NCBI RefSeq assembly: GCF_009914755.1
Contig: NC_060941.1
Strand: one strand, 5' to 3'
Length of the DNA stretch: 64,000 nt
DNA from: the human T2T-CHM13v2.0 reference genome, Homo sapiens
Part shown: positions 13,474 through 28,954 of the stretch, in pieces
How the letters are laid out: every line of letters starts with the position of its first letter
Numbering within the stretch: the first letter of the stretch is position 1
Program-made: the position numbers and the translations under genes
The notes under the pieces: generated by a model
What the model was told of the DNA's origin: nothing
The model's database searches: none
What the model saw: the letters and a program-made list of their open reading frames with translations, nothing else

Positions 13474-14643
13474 TGGAAAGACATTTAGATGTTAGATGTG
13501 TAGAAGGGAGGCTCAGTAGGGTCAGGTGACTGATTTGATGTCAGGGACGGGCAGGAGGAAGGCATTTCAGCCTATTCATAGATCTCCAGCTTGTAGGATT
13601 GAATGTGCGGTTGTGCTGCTTCCTGGGAGAGGAAACACAGAATGTGGGGCAGGCTTGAGAAGGGAGCGTTATCTGCTGGAGCTAACAAGGATACCCAGGC
13701 CTGCAAGCCCAGGCTGCTGTCAGCAACTGCCGATGCAGCCACAGAGGAGATCCGGGAGCCTCTGCCCTTCCAGGCCAAGAGTCCTCCAAGGCCGGGGCCT
13801 CGTGCCTGAGGTCTCTCTTTGCCCCTCCAGTACCTTTAGAAGCTGTAGAAATATGTCTAGACAGGATGTTCCATGAATGCATTTCACATATGCTGAGGTT
13901 TGTGAGGAGCCTCCACAGTGTCAGAGGAGGTTGCGACTCTGAAGATGAGCAGGTGCGATTCTGAATTCTTGACCATTCTCTGCCCTGGTAGATGATCTCT
14001 TTTTAAGCACTCGAGAAAACTTGATTGAATGGACTATATAATCACTATATAATAAACAGATTAAGTCAAAAGCCAAGTAAAATGACAGACTTACACAAGA
14101 GGCAGTTATGGGGGGTTTATGAGTCAGGTATCTTTCTTCTCCACTTGTTCTGTTTTCTAATAAAACTGTCTGTACAACTTTAATGTTACTGGAATTTACT
14201 CAGAACTTATTATAGTGATCTCATTCTGTCCATGTCTCTATAGTACCATGTTTTTGGCATGTAACTATTTGAATGAAAGATTAAATGATTTCTCATAGCC
14301 AGGGCATAATTCTTCAAGATACTGTCTTTGCTATAAAAATTTACAAAAAATAACTAACACTGAAATGTTTGAGCCGCATTTTGTCTCACAGAATGCTTTT
14401 ACTTGAATGTACTGTTTTCTTTGTTCTTTATATATTGATAATGTTGGGTAATCTATAAACCTAATTCCTTATTCTCTTTAGTCTACAGTCTCTATTCTTA
14501 TGGCTGCTTTGTGTAGGAGAAGAGCTTGGTTCTTAGATATCTCTAGCTTGATTTCCTTTCTGCTTTTGTTCATCACACTAAAGAAAGCTATATAGATGCC
14601 CTGACAGAGATCTTTTTTCAGTATTGTCAAATTATCTGGTATC

Positions 14644-14819
14644 AAAAAACAGAAACCCTTAAGTAACTTCACAGCTTCTCACAAGGGCTTGCTGCATAAT
14701 AACAGGCAGATATTTTTATATTCACTTTACAGATTAACATATGAAGAGAGGGAGAAATTAAATCACTTGAAAAGAACAATCCAGCATGTATCAAGTGGCT
14801 GAGACCAAACCCTACCCTT
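14644..14819 (+). repeat. Left arm of a 176-bp inverted repeat (degenerate MIR-like sequence)
   Basis: Its reverse complement aligns without gaps to 15751-15926 with 10 mismatches (manual count). Confidence 0.95.
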
Positions 14820-15544
14820 GGTCAAACCATCACAAACAGTTGTTTACCCCTCCGAGAGAGGAGAATCTAGATGTGTGTGTTGCCACCAGCATAGGAGTGC
14901 TCTTAATATCTGCAGTCGGGGAGAGCATCCCCCCCACCCCCAAGCACTTCCTCTTTGCAGGAGCACTCATCTGGAGATGCCCGAGGCCCATTGCCTTTCC
15001 TTAGGGTGCTGGTTAATGTCTAATCTAATTCTTTGATCCAAGCTTGTGAAGTGACAGTGATTCTTTTGGGGAGAGGATGGCAAGTAGCATGACTCAGCCT
15101 CCAGGCTTAACTTTATCTTCCGAGTAAGGAGTTTGGGGGTCCTGAGACTTTATTTTCCTTTACATGTGTCTGACAAGCATGGTGTGGGGGTGGGGTGGGT
15201 GGAGGAGGTGACCCTTGATAGGATTCTAGAGGGGTCTGACTTCAGAGCTGCCTGCTTATCCTCTGGGCCCTGCGTAGGAACCTCTGCTGCCATATGCCTT
15301 GGGCACCTGATGGAAAGGAGTGGCTTTCTCTGTCCTCTCTGCAGGAACCCTTCTTGGGAAGTTTGTTTGACTCTATTTATAGTGCAATTCCACTGGCTCC
15401 ATATCTACAGAAAGTTGATCTTTGAAATTGAGAGATGCATGAGAGTGATTCCTTTTTTCAAGGGAAACGTTGAAAATCACATTGCTGGGTGTCTAAGAGT
15501 GTGATTCTTGACCTAGAGAAGTTAAACTCTAAGGAGCTGGCCAG

Positions 15545-15672
15545 TCAGACATGTTGGGTGGTCTCCCTGTAGTTCCAGCTTCAGAGGGCTGAGGCAGGAG
15601 GATCACTTGAGCCCCGGAGTTCAGCCTAAGCAACATAGCGAGACCCCATGTCTTAAAAAAAAGAAAAAAAAA
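15545..15672 (+). mobile_element. FLAM-like Alu monomer inside the inverted-repeat spacer
   Basis: ggctgaggcaggaggatcacttgagccccggagttc...gagacccc plus poly-A; direct repeat aaggagctggccag at 15531 and 15689. Confidence 0.8.
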
Positions 15673-15750
15673 TCTCAAGGGAAATGCAAAGGAGCTGGCC
15701 AGCAGAGAGACCAGCAATGTGAATAGGGCCTGGATCCCCTGCAGTCGTGG

Positions 15751-15926
15751 AAGGGTAGGCTTTGGTCTCAGCCACTTGATACATGCTGGATTACTCTTTT
15801 CAAGTGATTTAATTTCTCCCTCTCTTCATATGTTATTCTGTAAAATGAATATAAAAATATCTGCCTGTTATTATGTAGCAAGCCCTTGTGAGAAGTTGTG
15901 AAATGACTTAAGGGTTTCAGTTTTTT
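15751..15926 (-). repeat. Right arm of the 176-bp inverted repeat
   Basis: See left arm; followed directly by a (GT)n tract at 15931. Confidence 0.95.
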
Positions 15927-16433
15927 TATTGTGTGTGTGTGTGTGTGTTTTTTTTTTCTTGTAAATAGCTTTCTGGAATATATTGTTAAACTTGAGATAG
16001 TTATTCCAACATCCAAGAAGGATGTAGTGATGTGTGCATGTGAAACAACTGCTGATTTGCAGGTCCCCTCCCCCATGCCGAGTTACCTAGCTTGTAACTT
16101 GGCGCAGAGCCTTTGAGGGACAGCAGCCTCACCTGCAAGCAGAGGCTTTGCTCAGGGTGCTCGACCTCTAGGCTGCCTCGTTACATCCTCAGTTTAATTC
16201 CTGGCCCACAGTTGTCCCAGCCAAACCACATGCATGTTTCTAGACTCCAGGTGACAGGCCCTTAGCCTGAGGACTCTACAACATGCAGCCAGGTAGTTAT
16301 GCAGAAGGCCACAGTCTGCCCCAGGATGCAAGACTCAAAAGCCACCTTCTATTGCTGCTTTTCAAATGATTTCAGACATCAGCCTTCCAGGATCTAAAAT
16401 GCATTACTTCTTTTCTCCTTAAATTCATCTTCT

Positions 16434-16720
16434 GGCCAGGCACAGCAGCTCATGCCTGTAATCCCAGCACTTGGGAGGCCAAGATGGGAGGATCACTTAA
16501 GCCCGGGAGCCTGGGCAACATAGCAAGACCCCACCTATAAAAAAAAAATGAACTGGGCATTGTGATGCACACCTATAGTCCTGGCTCTGAGGGAGGCCGA
16601 AGTGGGGAGAATGGCTTGAGCCAGGAGATAGAGGCTGCAATGACCCGTGATCGTGCCACTGTGCTCCAGCCTGGGCAACAGAGCAAGACCTTGTCCCTTG
16701 ACTCCAAAAAAACTAAAAAA
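16434..16720 (+). mobile_element. AluJ
   Basis: Dimeric Alu with J-type features and an internal deletion. Confidence 0.9.
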
Positions 16721-19700
16721 TAGTAAAGTCAGCTTCTGTTTAATAAAGTAGCTATTGCTAAGTATATATTGGTCTTTCATGTATTGTGATTTTTCTTGGT
16801 CAAACTGACCTGTATTATATTACTACCTAGTGTTGTATATATAATACATAGGGCAATTGTGAGAGAAAGAATGACTTTCATTGACTTTTACTGTTACATG
16901 TTCCAGGCACTATGATAAACTCTCCAAGTCATTATTTCACTTAACTGCCCACCCCCCAACCCTGCATTGTTAGATTATGAAACAGAGGCAGAGGGATTAA
17001 GGAATACAAGGCTTGATTCACTAGAATTGGGGTTTAAACCCTGGCGGTCTGGCTCCAGAATATATGTCCTTAGTCATCTTGATGCATTTAAGCAGCTTTC
17101 AAGCTTCAGAGCACAACCTGCAATGATCTATTTTGTATTACAATCCAGAGTCTCACGCCTTTATAATTAAAACACAAGCTTCACAGAGCAGTGCTGACCC
17201 CTGAGCACAGGCAGGGCTCTCTGGCTGTTTCCCAGGCTGTTTCTCTCTCTCTTCTCCTGTCCTTTCCCTCCGTCCCTTCCTCCCCCCTCCCTTATTCTTT
17301 TTTTCTAATTTTTAATTGTTATGGGTACATAGTAGGTATATATATTTATGGGGTACCTGAGATATTTTGACACAGGTATGCAATGCTGTAGTCACCCTGT
17401 TGTGCTGTCAAATAATAGGTTTTATTAACTATATTGTATCCATTAACCATCCCTGTTTCCACCCCTGCCCCACCACCCTTCCCAGCCTCTGGTAATCATT
17501 CTACTCTCTATCTTCATGAGTTCAATTGTTTTAATTTTTAACTCCCACAAATGAGTGAGAATATATGAATTTATCTTTCTATGTCTGGCTTATTTCACTT
17601 AACATAATGATTTCCAGTTCCATCCATGTTGTTGCAAATAGCAGGATCTCATTCTTTTTTATGGCTGAATACTCTGTTGTGTATATGGACTATATTTTCT
17701 TTATCCATTTGTCTGTTGATGGATACTTAGGTTGATTCCAAGTCTTGGCTATTGTAAATAGTGCTGCAATAAACTTGGTGAGTGCAGATATCTCTTTGAT
17801 AGACTAATTTCCTTTCTTTTGGGTGTATACCCAGCAGTGTGATTGCTGGATCATATGGTAGTTCTATTTTTAGTTTTTTTGAGGGACTTCTGTACTGTTT
17901 TCCATAGTGGCTGTACTAATTTACTTTCCCGCCAACAGTGTACAAGGGTCTGCTTTTCTCTGCATCTTCCCCAGCATTTGTCATTCATGACTTTTGAATA
18001 AAAGTCATGACTTTTGGATAAAAGCCATTTTAATTGGGGTGAGATGGTATCTCATTGTAGTTTTGACTTGCATTTGCATTTCTCTGATGATCAGTGACAT
18101 TCAGTATGTTTTCATGTTTCTGTTTGCCATTTGTATGTCTTTAAAGAATGTCTAGTAAGATCTTTTGCCCACTGTTTAATCAGACTACTAGATTTTTTTC
18201 CCCCATTGAATTGTTTAAGCTCCTTATATATTCTGGTTATTAATTCCTTATCGGATGGGTAGTTTGCAAGTATTTTCTCCCATTCTGTGGGCTGTCTCTT
18301 CACTTTGTTGATTGTTTCCTTTGCTGTGCAGAAGCTTTTTAACTTGATGTGATCTCATAGGTTCATTTTTGTTTTGGTATTCTGTGCTTTTGGGCTATTA
18401 CTCAAGAAATCATTGCCCAGATCAATGTCCTGGAGAGTTTCCCCAATGTTGTTGGTTTTTTAGTAGTTTTCATAGTTTGAGGTCTTAGATGTAAGTCTTT
18501 AATCCTTTTGATATGATTTTTGTATATGGGGGGGGTGTCTAGTTTCATTCTTCTGCTCATGGATATCCAGTTTTCCTAGCACCATTTACTGAAGAGACTG
18601 TCTTTTCCTCAATATATGTTCTTGGCACCTTTGTCGAAAATGAGTTCATGTAGATGTATGGATTTATTCCTGGATTCTCTATTCTATTTCATTATTCTAT
18701 GTGTCTGTTTTTATGCCAGTACCATGCTGTTTGGGTTACTATGGCTCTGTAGTATAATTTGAAGTCAGATAATGTGATTCTTCCAGTTTTGTTCTTTTTG
18801 CTCAGGATGGCTTTGGCTATTCTGGGTCTTTTGTGGTTCCATATGACTTTTAGGATTTAAAAAAAATTATAAAGAATGTCATTGGTATTTTGATAGGGAT
18901 TGCTTTGACTGTTTAGATTGCTTTGGGTAGTGTGGACATTTTAACATATTGACTTATCCAGTCTCTACACATAGAGTGTCTTTATTTTTGTGTGTGTGTT
19001 TTCTTCCATTTCTGGTGTCAATATTTTATAGTTTTCATTGTAGAGATCTTTCACTTCTTTGATTAAGTTTATTCCTACTTTATTCTACTCACAGCTACTA
19101 TAAATGGGATTACTTTCTTGATTCCTTTTTCAGATTGTTCACTGTTGGCATATAAAAATGCTACTGATTTTTGCATGTTGATTTTGTATCCTGCAACTTC
19201 ACTGAATTTATCAGTTCTTAATAGTTTTTTTTTTTTTTTTTTTTGTGGAGGCTAGTTTTTTCCAGATATCAAGTCATATCATCTGCAAACCAGGATAATT
19301 TGACTTCTTCCTTTCCAATTTGGATGCCCTTTATTTCTTTCCCTTGTCTGATTGCTTTAGCTGGGACTTCCAGTACTGTGTGTGAATAACAGTGGTGACA
19401 GTGGGCATCCTTATCCTGTTCCAGATCTTAGAGGAAAAGCTTTCAGTTTTTCTCCATTCATATGATACTAGGTGTGGGTCTGTTGTATATGGCTTTTATT
19501 ATGTTGAGATATGTTCCTTCTGTACCCAGTTTATTGACAGTTTTTATCATGAAGGGATGTTGCATTTTCTCAAATGTTTTTTCAGCATCAGTTGAAATGA
19601 CCATATGGTTTTTACCTTTCATTTGGTTGATACCACATTGCATATGTCAAACCACCTTTGCATCCCTAGGATAAATCCCACTTGGTCATGATGAATAATC

Positions 19701-20717
19701 TTTTAAATATTTTGTTGAATTTGGTTTGCTAGGATTTTGTTGAGGATTTTTGCATCAATGTTCACCAGGGATATTGGCCTATAGTTTTCTTTTTTTCATG
19801 TATCTTTCTTTGTCTGGTTTTGTTATCAGGATAATACTGCTTTCAGAATTGGTTTGGAAACATTCCCTTCTCTTCTATTTCTTGGAATAGTTTGAATAGG
19901 ATTGGTATTTTTCTTTAAATGTTTGGTAAATTTCAGCAGTGAAACCATTGGGTCCTGGGCATTTCTTTGCTGGGGGACTTTTTATTCTGGCTTTTATCTC
20001 GTTACTTGTTACCGGTCTGTTCAGGTTTTGGATTTCTTCATGATTCAATCTTGTTAGGTTGTATGTGTCTAGGAATTTATCCATTTCTTCTAGGTTTTCC
20101 AATTTATTGGCATATAGTTGCTCATAGTAGTCTCTAATGATCCTTTGAATTTCGGTAGTATTGGTTGCAATATCTCCTTTTTTATCTTTGATTTTATTTA
20201 ATTGGGTCTTCTCTTTTTCATAGTCTGGCCAAAGTTTTGTCAATTTTGTTTATCTTTTCAAAAACCAACTTTTTGTTTGTTGATCTTTTGTATTTTTTTC
20301 ATTAAAATTTCATTTATTTCTGCTTTGATCTTTATTGTTTCTTCTCATTTTGGGTTTCATTTGCTCTTGCTTTTCTGGTTATTTAAGATGCATTGTTTGT
20401 TTATTTGAAGTTTTTCTCTGTTTTTGATGTAGGCGCTGATTGCTGTAAGATTTCCTCTTAGTACTGCTTTTGCTGTATCTCATAAGCTTTGGTATGTTGT
20501 GTTTCCATTTTCATTTGTTTTAAGACATTTTAATTTTTTCTTCTTAATTCCTTCATTGACCCACTGGTCATTCAGGAGTGTATTACTTAATTTCCATGTA
20601 TTCGTATAATTTCCAAAGTTCCTCTTTGTGATTTCTAGTTTTATTCCATGGTGGTCAGAGAAGATACCTGATATGATTTCAGTTTTTTTTTTTTTTTTTA
20701 AGTTTTAGGAGTTACAG

Positions 20718-21010
20718 GGCCAGGCGTGGTGGTTCAAGCCTGTAATCCCAGCGCTTTGGGAGGCCGAGGCGGGCACATCACCTGAGGTCAGGAGTTTGAG
20801 ACCAGCCTGGCCAACATGGAGAAACCCTGTCTCTACTAAAAATACAAAATTAGCTGGGTGTGGTGGCATGCACCTGTAGTCCCAGCTACTTGGGAGACTG
20901 AGACAGGAAAATTGCTTGAACCCAGGAGGCGGAGGTTGCAAGTGAAGCGAGATCGCACCACCACACTCCAGCCTGGGAGACAGAGCGAGATTGTGTCTCG
21001 AAAAAAAAAA
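20718..21010 (+). mobile_element. AluS inserted in L1
   Basis: Full dimer, poly-A tail, degenerate TSD aagttt(t/c)agga. Confidence 0.95.
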
Positions 21011-22059
21011 GTTTCAGGAATTATTTTGTGGCCTAACATGTGGTCTCTCCTTGAGAAGAATCATGTGCTGAGGAAAAGAGTGTGTATTCTGCAGCCATTA
21101 GATGAAATGTTCTGTAAAGGTCTGTTAGTTCCATTTGTTTTGTTTTATAGTGCAGATTAAGTCTGATATTTCTTTGTTGATTTTCTGTCTTATTAACTTT
21201 TTGTTGTTGTCTGTTGTTTCTATTTACAGCTTATTATACCATGTCTTGAAAAGTTGTAGTTATTTCTCTTGATAGATTCATCTTTTAGTCTTTCTGTTTA
21301 AGATACGAGTAGTTGACACATCACAATTAGTGTTAAAATATTCTGTATTTGTCTGTGTACTTGCTGTTACCAATGAGTTTTGTATGTTCAGATGATTTCT
21401 TTTTGTTTGTTAATGTCCTTTTCTTTCAGATCAAAGAACTCCCATTTGCATTTCTTGTCTGCTGTTGATGAAATTTCTTAGGTTTTGTTTGTCTGGGAAA
21501 GTCTCTATTTCTCTGTCATGTTTGACATTTTTTCCTTCAGTACTTTAAATATGGCATGCCTCTCTCTCCCTGGCCTGTAAGGTTTCCACTGAGAAGTCTG
21601 CTCCTTTGTTTCTTTTTTCTTGCTGCTTCTAGGATCTTTTCATTATCTTTGCCTTTTGGGAATTTGTTTATTAAAATGTCTTACTTGGGCAAAGTCTGCT
21701 TGGTGTTCTATAACCTATTGTACTTGAGTATTAATATTTTTCTCTAGATTTGGGAAGTTCTCTGTTGTTATCCCTTTGAATAAACTTTCTACCCCAATCT
21801 CTCTCTCTACCTCCTCTTTAAAGCCAATAACTTACTAGATTTGCGCTTTTTTTAGACTGTTTTGTAGATCTTGTATGTGTGCTTTATTTTTTTTAAATTT
21901 TGTCTCCTCTGTATATTTTCAATTAGCCTGTCTTCAAGCTCACTAATTTTTCTTCTGTTTGGTCAGTTCTGCTGTTGAGACTCTGATGCATTCTTCAGTA
22001 TGTCATAAACTTTTAGCTCCATAATTTCTGCTTTATTTTTAAAAAATTATTTCAATCTC

Positions 22060-22358
<299 letters not shown>

Positions 22359-25300
22359 TCAATCTCTTTATTAAATATATCGAAAGGATTCTAAATTCTT
22401 TCGCTGTGTTATCTTGAATTTCATTGAGCTTCCTCAAAACAGCTATTTTGAATTTTCTGTCTGAAAGATCACATCTCTGTCACTCTGGGATTGGTCACTG
22501 GTGTCTTATTTACTTCATTTGATGAGGTCATGTTTTACTGGATGGTCTTGATGCTTGTGGATGTTCATAGATGTCTGGGCATGGAAGAGTCCGGTATTTA
22601 TTCAGTCTTCACAGTCTGGGCTTGTTTGTACTTGTCTTTCTTGAGAAGACTTTCCAGATATTCAAAGGGAATTGAGTGTTAGGATCTAAGCCTTTGGTCA
22701 CTGCAGCTGTGTCCGCATTAGGGGGCACCACAAGCCCAGTAATGCTGTGATTCTTGCAGACTCATTGAGGTATCACCTTGGTGATCCTAGATAAGATCTA
22801 GGAGAATTTCCCGGTTTATGAGGCAGAGTCTCTTGTTCCTTTTCCTTACTTTCCCCTAAACACACAGAGTCTCTCTCTTCATGCTGAGCTGCCTGGAGTT
22901 GGAGCAGGGGTGATGCACTTCTGTGGCTACCACTACTGGGACTGTGCTGGGTCAGACCTGAAGCCAGCCCAGCACTGGGTCTCAGTCAAAACTTGTGGTG
23001 ACTATTGCCTGGCTACTGCTGATGTTTATTCAAGGCCCAAGGGCCGTTTAATTAGCAGATGGGGAATCTAGCCAGGCTTGTATCTTTCCCTTCAGGGTGA
23101 TGGGTTCCCTTCTAGCCCAGAGTGGGTCTAGAAATGCTACTTGGGAGCTGGGGCCTGGAGTCAGCAGCTTTAGCAGTCTGCTTGGTTCTTTATTTTATTG
23201 TGGCTGAGCTGGTATCCAAGTTGGAAGACAAAGCCCTTTACCCTTCCCTCTCCTTTTCTCAAGCCAAAGGGATCTCTGCCAGTGGCCACCGCCACCCCAA
23301 GCCTGTGGCAGCACCACTGATGTTTATTCAGGGCCCAAGTTCTCTTTAGTCAGCAGGTCTGGATCTCTCCCTTCAGGTCCACGGTGGGTCTAGAAATGCT
23401 GTCCAGGAACTAAGGCCTAGATGGGGGACTTTAGGAGCCTGCTTGGTGCTTTATTTTACTGTGGCTGAGCTGTGCCCAAGTTGCAAGATGAAGTCCCCTT
23501 TACTCTTCCCTCTGCTTTCCTCAAGCAGAAGGGATCTCTCCCTGTGGCCACCACAGCTGGGAATGCACTGGGTCACACCTGAAGCCGGTACAGTGTGTGG
23601 CCCATGATGAGTACTGTGTGGGTACCACTGATGTTTAATCAAAGCCCAAGGACTCTTTGGTCAGCAGGTGATGAATGCTGCCAGGACTGGGTCCTTCCTT
23701 TCATGACAGTGGGTTTCCTTCTGGTCCAGGCTATGTCTAGAAATGTTATCTGGGAGCTAGGACCCGGAATGGGGGCTTCAGGAATCTGCTTAGTGCTTTA
23801 TTTTACTGTGGCTGAGCTGGTATCCAAGTTGCAAGACAAAGTCCTCTTTACTCTTCCCTCTCCGCCCAGAGCTGTGAGCTGTGCTGCCTGGGGTTGGGGG
23901 AAGAGTGGTGCAAGCACTCCCTTGGCTGCTCCAGGTGGTGTCTCACTGGGTCATGTGCACTCCAAGTCCACTGTCTGAGCCCAGCACAGCACCAGGACTT
24001 GCCCAGAAATTGCAGCCCTTGTGGCCTAGCCTCTTTCAGATTTACTTAGGACTCCAAAGTGCTTTAGCCCACAGAGGTAGGGCTTGCCAGAACTCAGATT
24101 CTCACTGGAATGGAAGATTCCCCTCTGGCTAGGGCTGGTCTAAATGCTCCTTTTATGGGTGCTGGCTGAATTCTGTCCTGTGTTGCTTTCTGCTGTGATG
24201 GGACAGCACCAAATTCCAATGCAATCTCACAATCATTGTGCTTTCCCTCCCCCGGGGTGCACAGATGCTGTCTCTCTACCATGTGGTTGCTGCCAAGGGA
24301 TGAGGGAGAGGGGATGTTGGAGAGTCAAGACGGTCTTTCCTCCCCTCTCCGGTGCATCTTTCCTTGATATGATGTGTTAAAACCAGGCACTGTGATCGTT
24401 CATCTGATTTTTGGTTCTTATGAAGATGCTTTCTTACGTGGATAGCAGTTCCATTTGGTGTTCCTGCAGGGAAGCCATTGCTGGAGGATCCTTTTTGGCC
24501 ATGTTGTTCTGTCTCCAGGTCTCTCCTCCTTTCCTTATCCTTTGTCACAATTTCCCAGTGAATGATCCTGCAGTGCTGCCTCCCAGTGTTCATTCAATCA
24601 TTCATCAAATATTCATTAAATGCCTCCTGTGTGTGATGCTGTGTAGATACTAGGGGTGCAATGGTGAATTAAACAGACAAGGTCCCTATTCCCATAGAGC
24701 TTATAGCCAGAAGGTTTTGCACATGAAATGTAATTGGAAAAAAATTTCATTTCATACAAAGAAACCCCACCCCCAGCGCCAGATTACCTGGTAAATATAC
24801 AGCTATTTAGTAATGTTAATTAAAGGACTGTAGAAAAGGGACAATGATGTTTATTGCAGCATTTTTGTAATAATAAAATAATATAGTCAAACAGTGGAAT
24901 ACTATGCACCAATTAAAGTAATGACTTAGCATGATGTGTATCAGTGTGGATACATTTCAAAAACACAGTTAAAATGCAGGAGCATAGTAAGCATAGTATT
25001 GTAGAGGACAAAGCATATTACCATGTTATAAATGCAGAATAATACAGATACAGTATAATCCACTGCAAAAGCACAATATAGTGTAGCATTGTGTAAAAGG
25101 ACAATACTATGTATTGTCATGGACACATGCATATATAGTAAAAGTGAAAAACCATTCAAGGATTGACCACATACCAATTTTAGGATAATGCTTATTACTC
25201 TCTGAGGTAGGAGGGAAGATTGAGGTTTTAAAAAATTCTTATTAAAGTAAAAAGATTTTGCAAATGTGACAACATTTAACCATTGTTAAGTCTGTTTGGT

Positions 25301-25670
25301 GCATGATTATTATTTTTGGTGCTTTTCTGTGTATTTAAAATGTTTAACAATTAAAAAATTGAACAGATGAAGCGATTGTGCCGTGCCACTTTTCTGCTTC
25401 TGTGTATGTACGTTTTTGTGTGCCTTCCGCCGACATTCTCTATCACATTTTTGCTGTGATAGAGCATGAATGTGATAGAGAATCTTTAGAGTTTCCTCTA
25501 AAGAAGCATTGCAGCCCCAAGTATCTTATCTCTAAGGGAACCTGGGGGTGTGCAGATTAGCCTGGCTTCAGGGTTGTTGTTCACAGCTCAGCAGCAGAGG
25601 GCGCTGCTCCATAGCAGATGTGCGGTGGGGGTGGCCACACCAGGCAGCTCTCTTGGTGCAGGGCCAGTGC

Positions 25671-25713
25671 CTCCCAGGGAAGCACTGCTCTCCCAGGGAA
25701 GCACTGCTCTCCC
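25671..25713. repeat. Perfect 19-bp tandem duplication
   Basis: ctcccagggaagcactgct x2. Confidence 0.9.
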
Positions 25714-25937
25714 CAGCTGTGGGAAAGAGGAATATTTAAGTACGTGCAGATTCCCTCCTGCTTGTAGGAGGGGGCACAGAATCCAGCCATTTGGAAGCAT
25801 ACATCGTGTTTCTCTGACTATTCACAGCCTTGGCTGTTTCTGAGGCTAAGAATGCAAGAAACAGCACATGCCAAGGGCGTCTTTGCTACTATGTCCGTGA
25901 GCCTGCTGCTGACTTGTGGGGAGCTTTTCGTAATGTT

Positions 25938-26027
25938 TTATTTTAGATTGAAGAGGTTCATGTTCAGGTTTGTTACATGGGTATATTGCATCATGGTGGG
26001 GCTTGGCCTTCTAGTGTACAGATCACT
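25938..26027 (-). mobile_element. Short old L1PA/L1PB 3'-end fragment
   Basis: ttttagattgaagaggttcatgttcaggtttgttacatgggtatattgc, similar to the L1 3' ends at about 50945 and 62900. Confidence 0.65.
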
Positions 26028-26078
26028 GTGGGAATTTTTTTGTTGTTAACTGACCAAGGAACCTTCCTTTTATTTTAG

Positions 26079-26546
<468 letters not shown>

Positions 26547-26864
26547 AAAGAAAGCAAATGAGGTCAAGCCCAGGAGAAATGTGGAATGGAGCTGAGTAGG
26601 ACACTAAAGAAACCAGCAGCAGTGGGTGACGAGGGGGGGTGGGTTTGACTGTATGTTGGCTGGGGTTTATGAAGTCTCTCATTTGAGTGCGCTGTAATCT
26701 CCTAGGAAGAATGTCACCTAAGAAACAATCATTAATCTCCAGTTTAAAAACTAGAGATTAAGAGATCAATGATCATAGCAGTTGAAAACTGGGATGACAG
26801 AAGAACAGGCTGTTGAACATGAGTCAGCAGTGTGTAGGTGATTGCGAAAAATAGAAATGCTTTT

Positions 26865-27015
26865 CATTTTGTTTTTTTTAAGAAGTCTTGCTCTATCACC
26901 CTGGCTGGAGTGCAGTGGTGCAGTTGTAGCTCACTGCAGCCTCAAACTCCTGGGCTCAGGTGATCCTCCTGGCCTCTCAAAGCACTGGGATTACAGGTGT
27001 GAGCCACCGTATTGA
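26865..27015 (-). mobile_element. Alu monomer (FRAM/AluJ-derived)
   Basis: ggctggagtgcagtggtgcagttgtagctcactgcagcc...gggattacaggtgtgagccacc. Confidence 0.85.
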
Positions 27016-27611
27016 GCTGCAAATGTTTTTTGGCTGTGCTGGATGTGTTTTGTGTGAGCCATGCTACTGCTGCTGTCTCCAGGCAGCCTGATCAGCTTGA
27101 AGGCCACATGTTAGGATACTTTAGCTGTGACTGTGAGAGTTCACAGGGACCCTTCCTAAGGATATTTTGCAGGGTAGGAGAAGGTTATTCAGAAGAAATT
27201 GCTTGCCAGTCATCAAGTACTGACACTGTGTTATCTCTTGTATCTGACAGAGATGGATGATAGGTATCAGAGTGGATGAACAATGTGTGCTCTTGGTCTA
27301 AGGGAGAAAACAATTCCCGCATGTGTCCCATTGGTGGTAGGATATCAAGTAACTTCTAGATGTTTGCCACTTAGTTGCTGAAGAGACATCAGCATATGGC
27401 TTATTTATGAACTCATAGTTTGCTTTGAATTGGGAAAGAAATTTTTAAAAGAGATTAAACATTACCTTCTTTGTCCAAATAAGCCTTACCAAATTATCAC
27501 ATCTAATGTGTTTTCTTTTGTAACAAAAGATTTAATGCACAAAGCATTTAGTCACACCAGCCATTACTAAGAATAGCTTGGTCAGTTGCCTGAGAAGTTC
27601 CTTACCCCATG

Positions 27612-28954
<1,343 letters not shown>

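Noticed and set aside
19875-20243. 122-aa ORF resembling a reverse-transcriptase protein
   Set aside because: Fragment of decayed L1 ORF2, surrounded by stops and frameshifts.
23121-23870. Three ~140-bp direct repeats (gtctagaaatg...tgtggctgagctg...tcttccctct) with spacers, superficially array-like
   Set aside because: They lie within the 5' UTR of the ancient L1, where repeated monomers are expected. Units are long and diverged and spacing is irregular, so this is not a CRISPR-like array.
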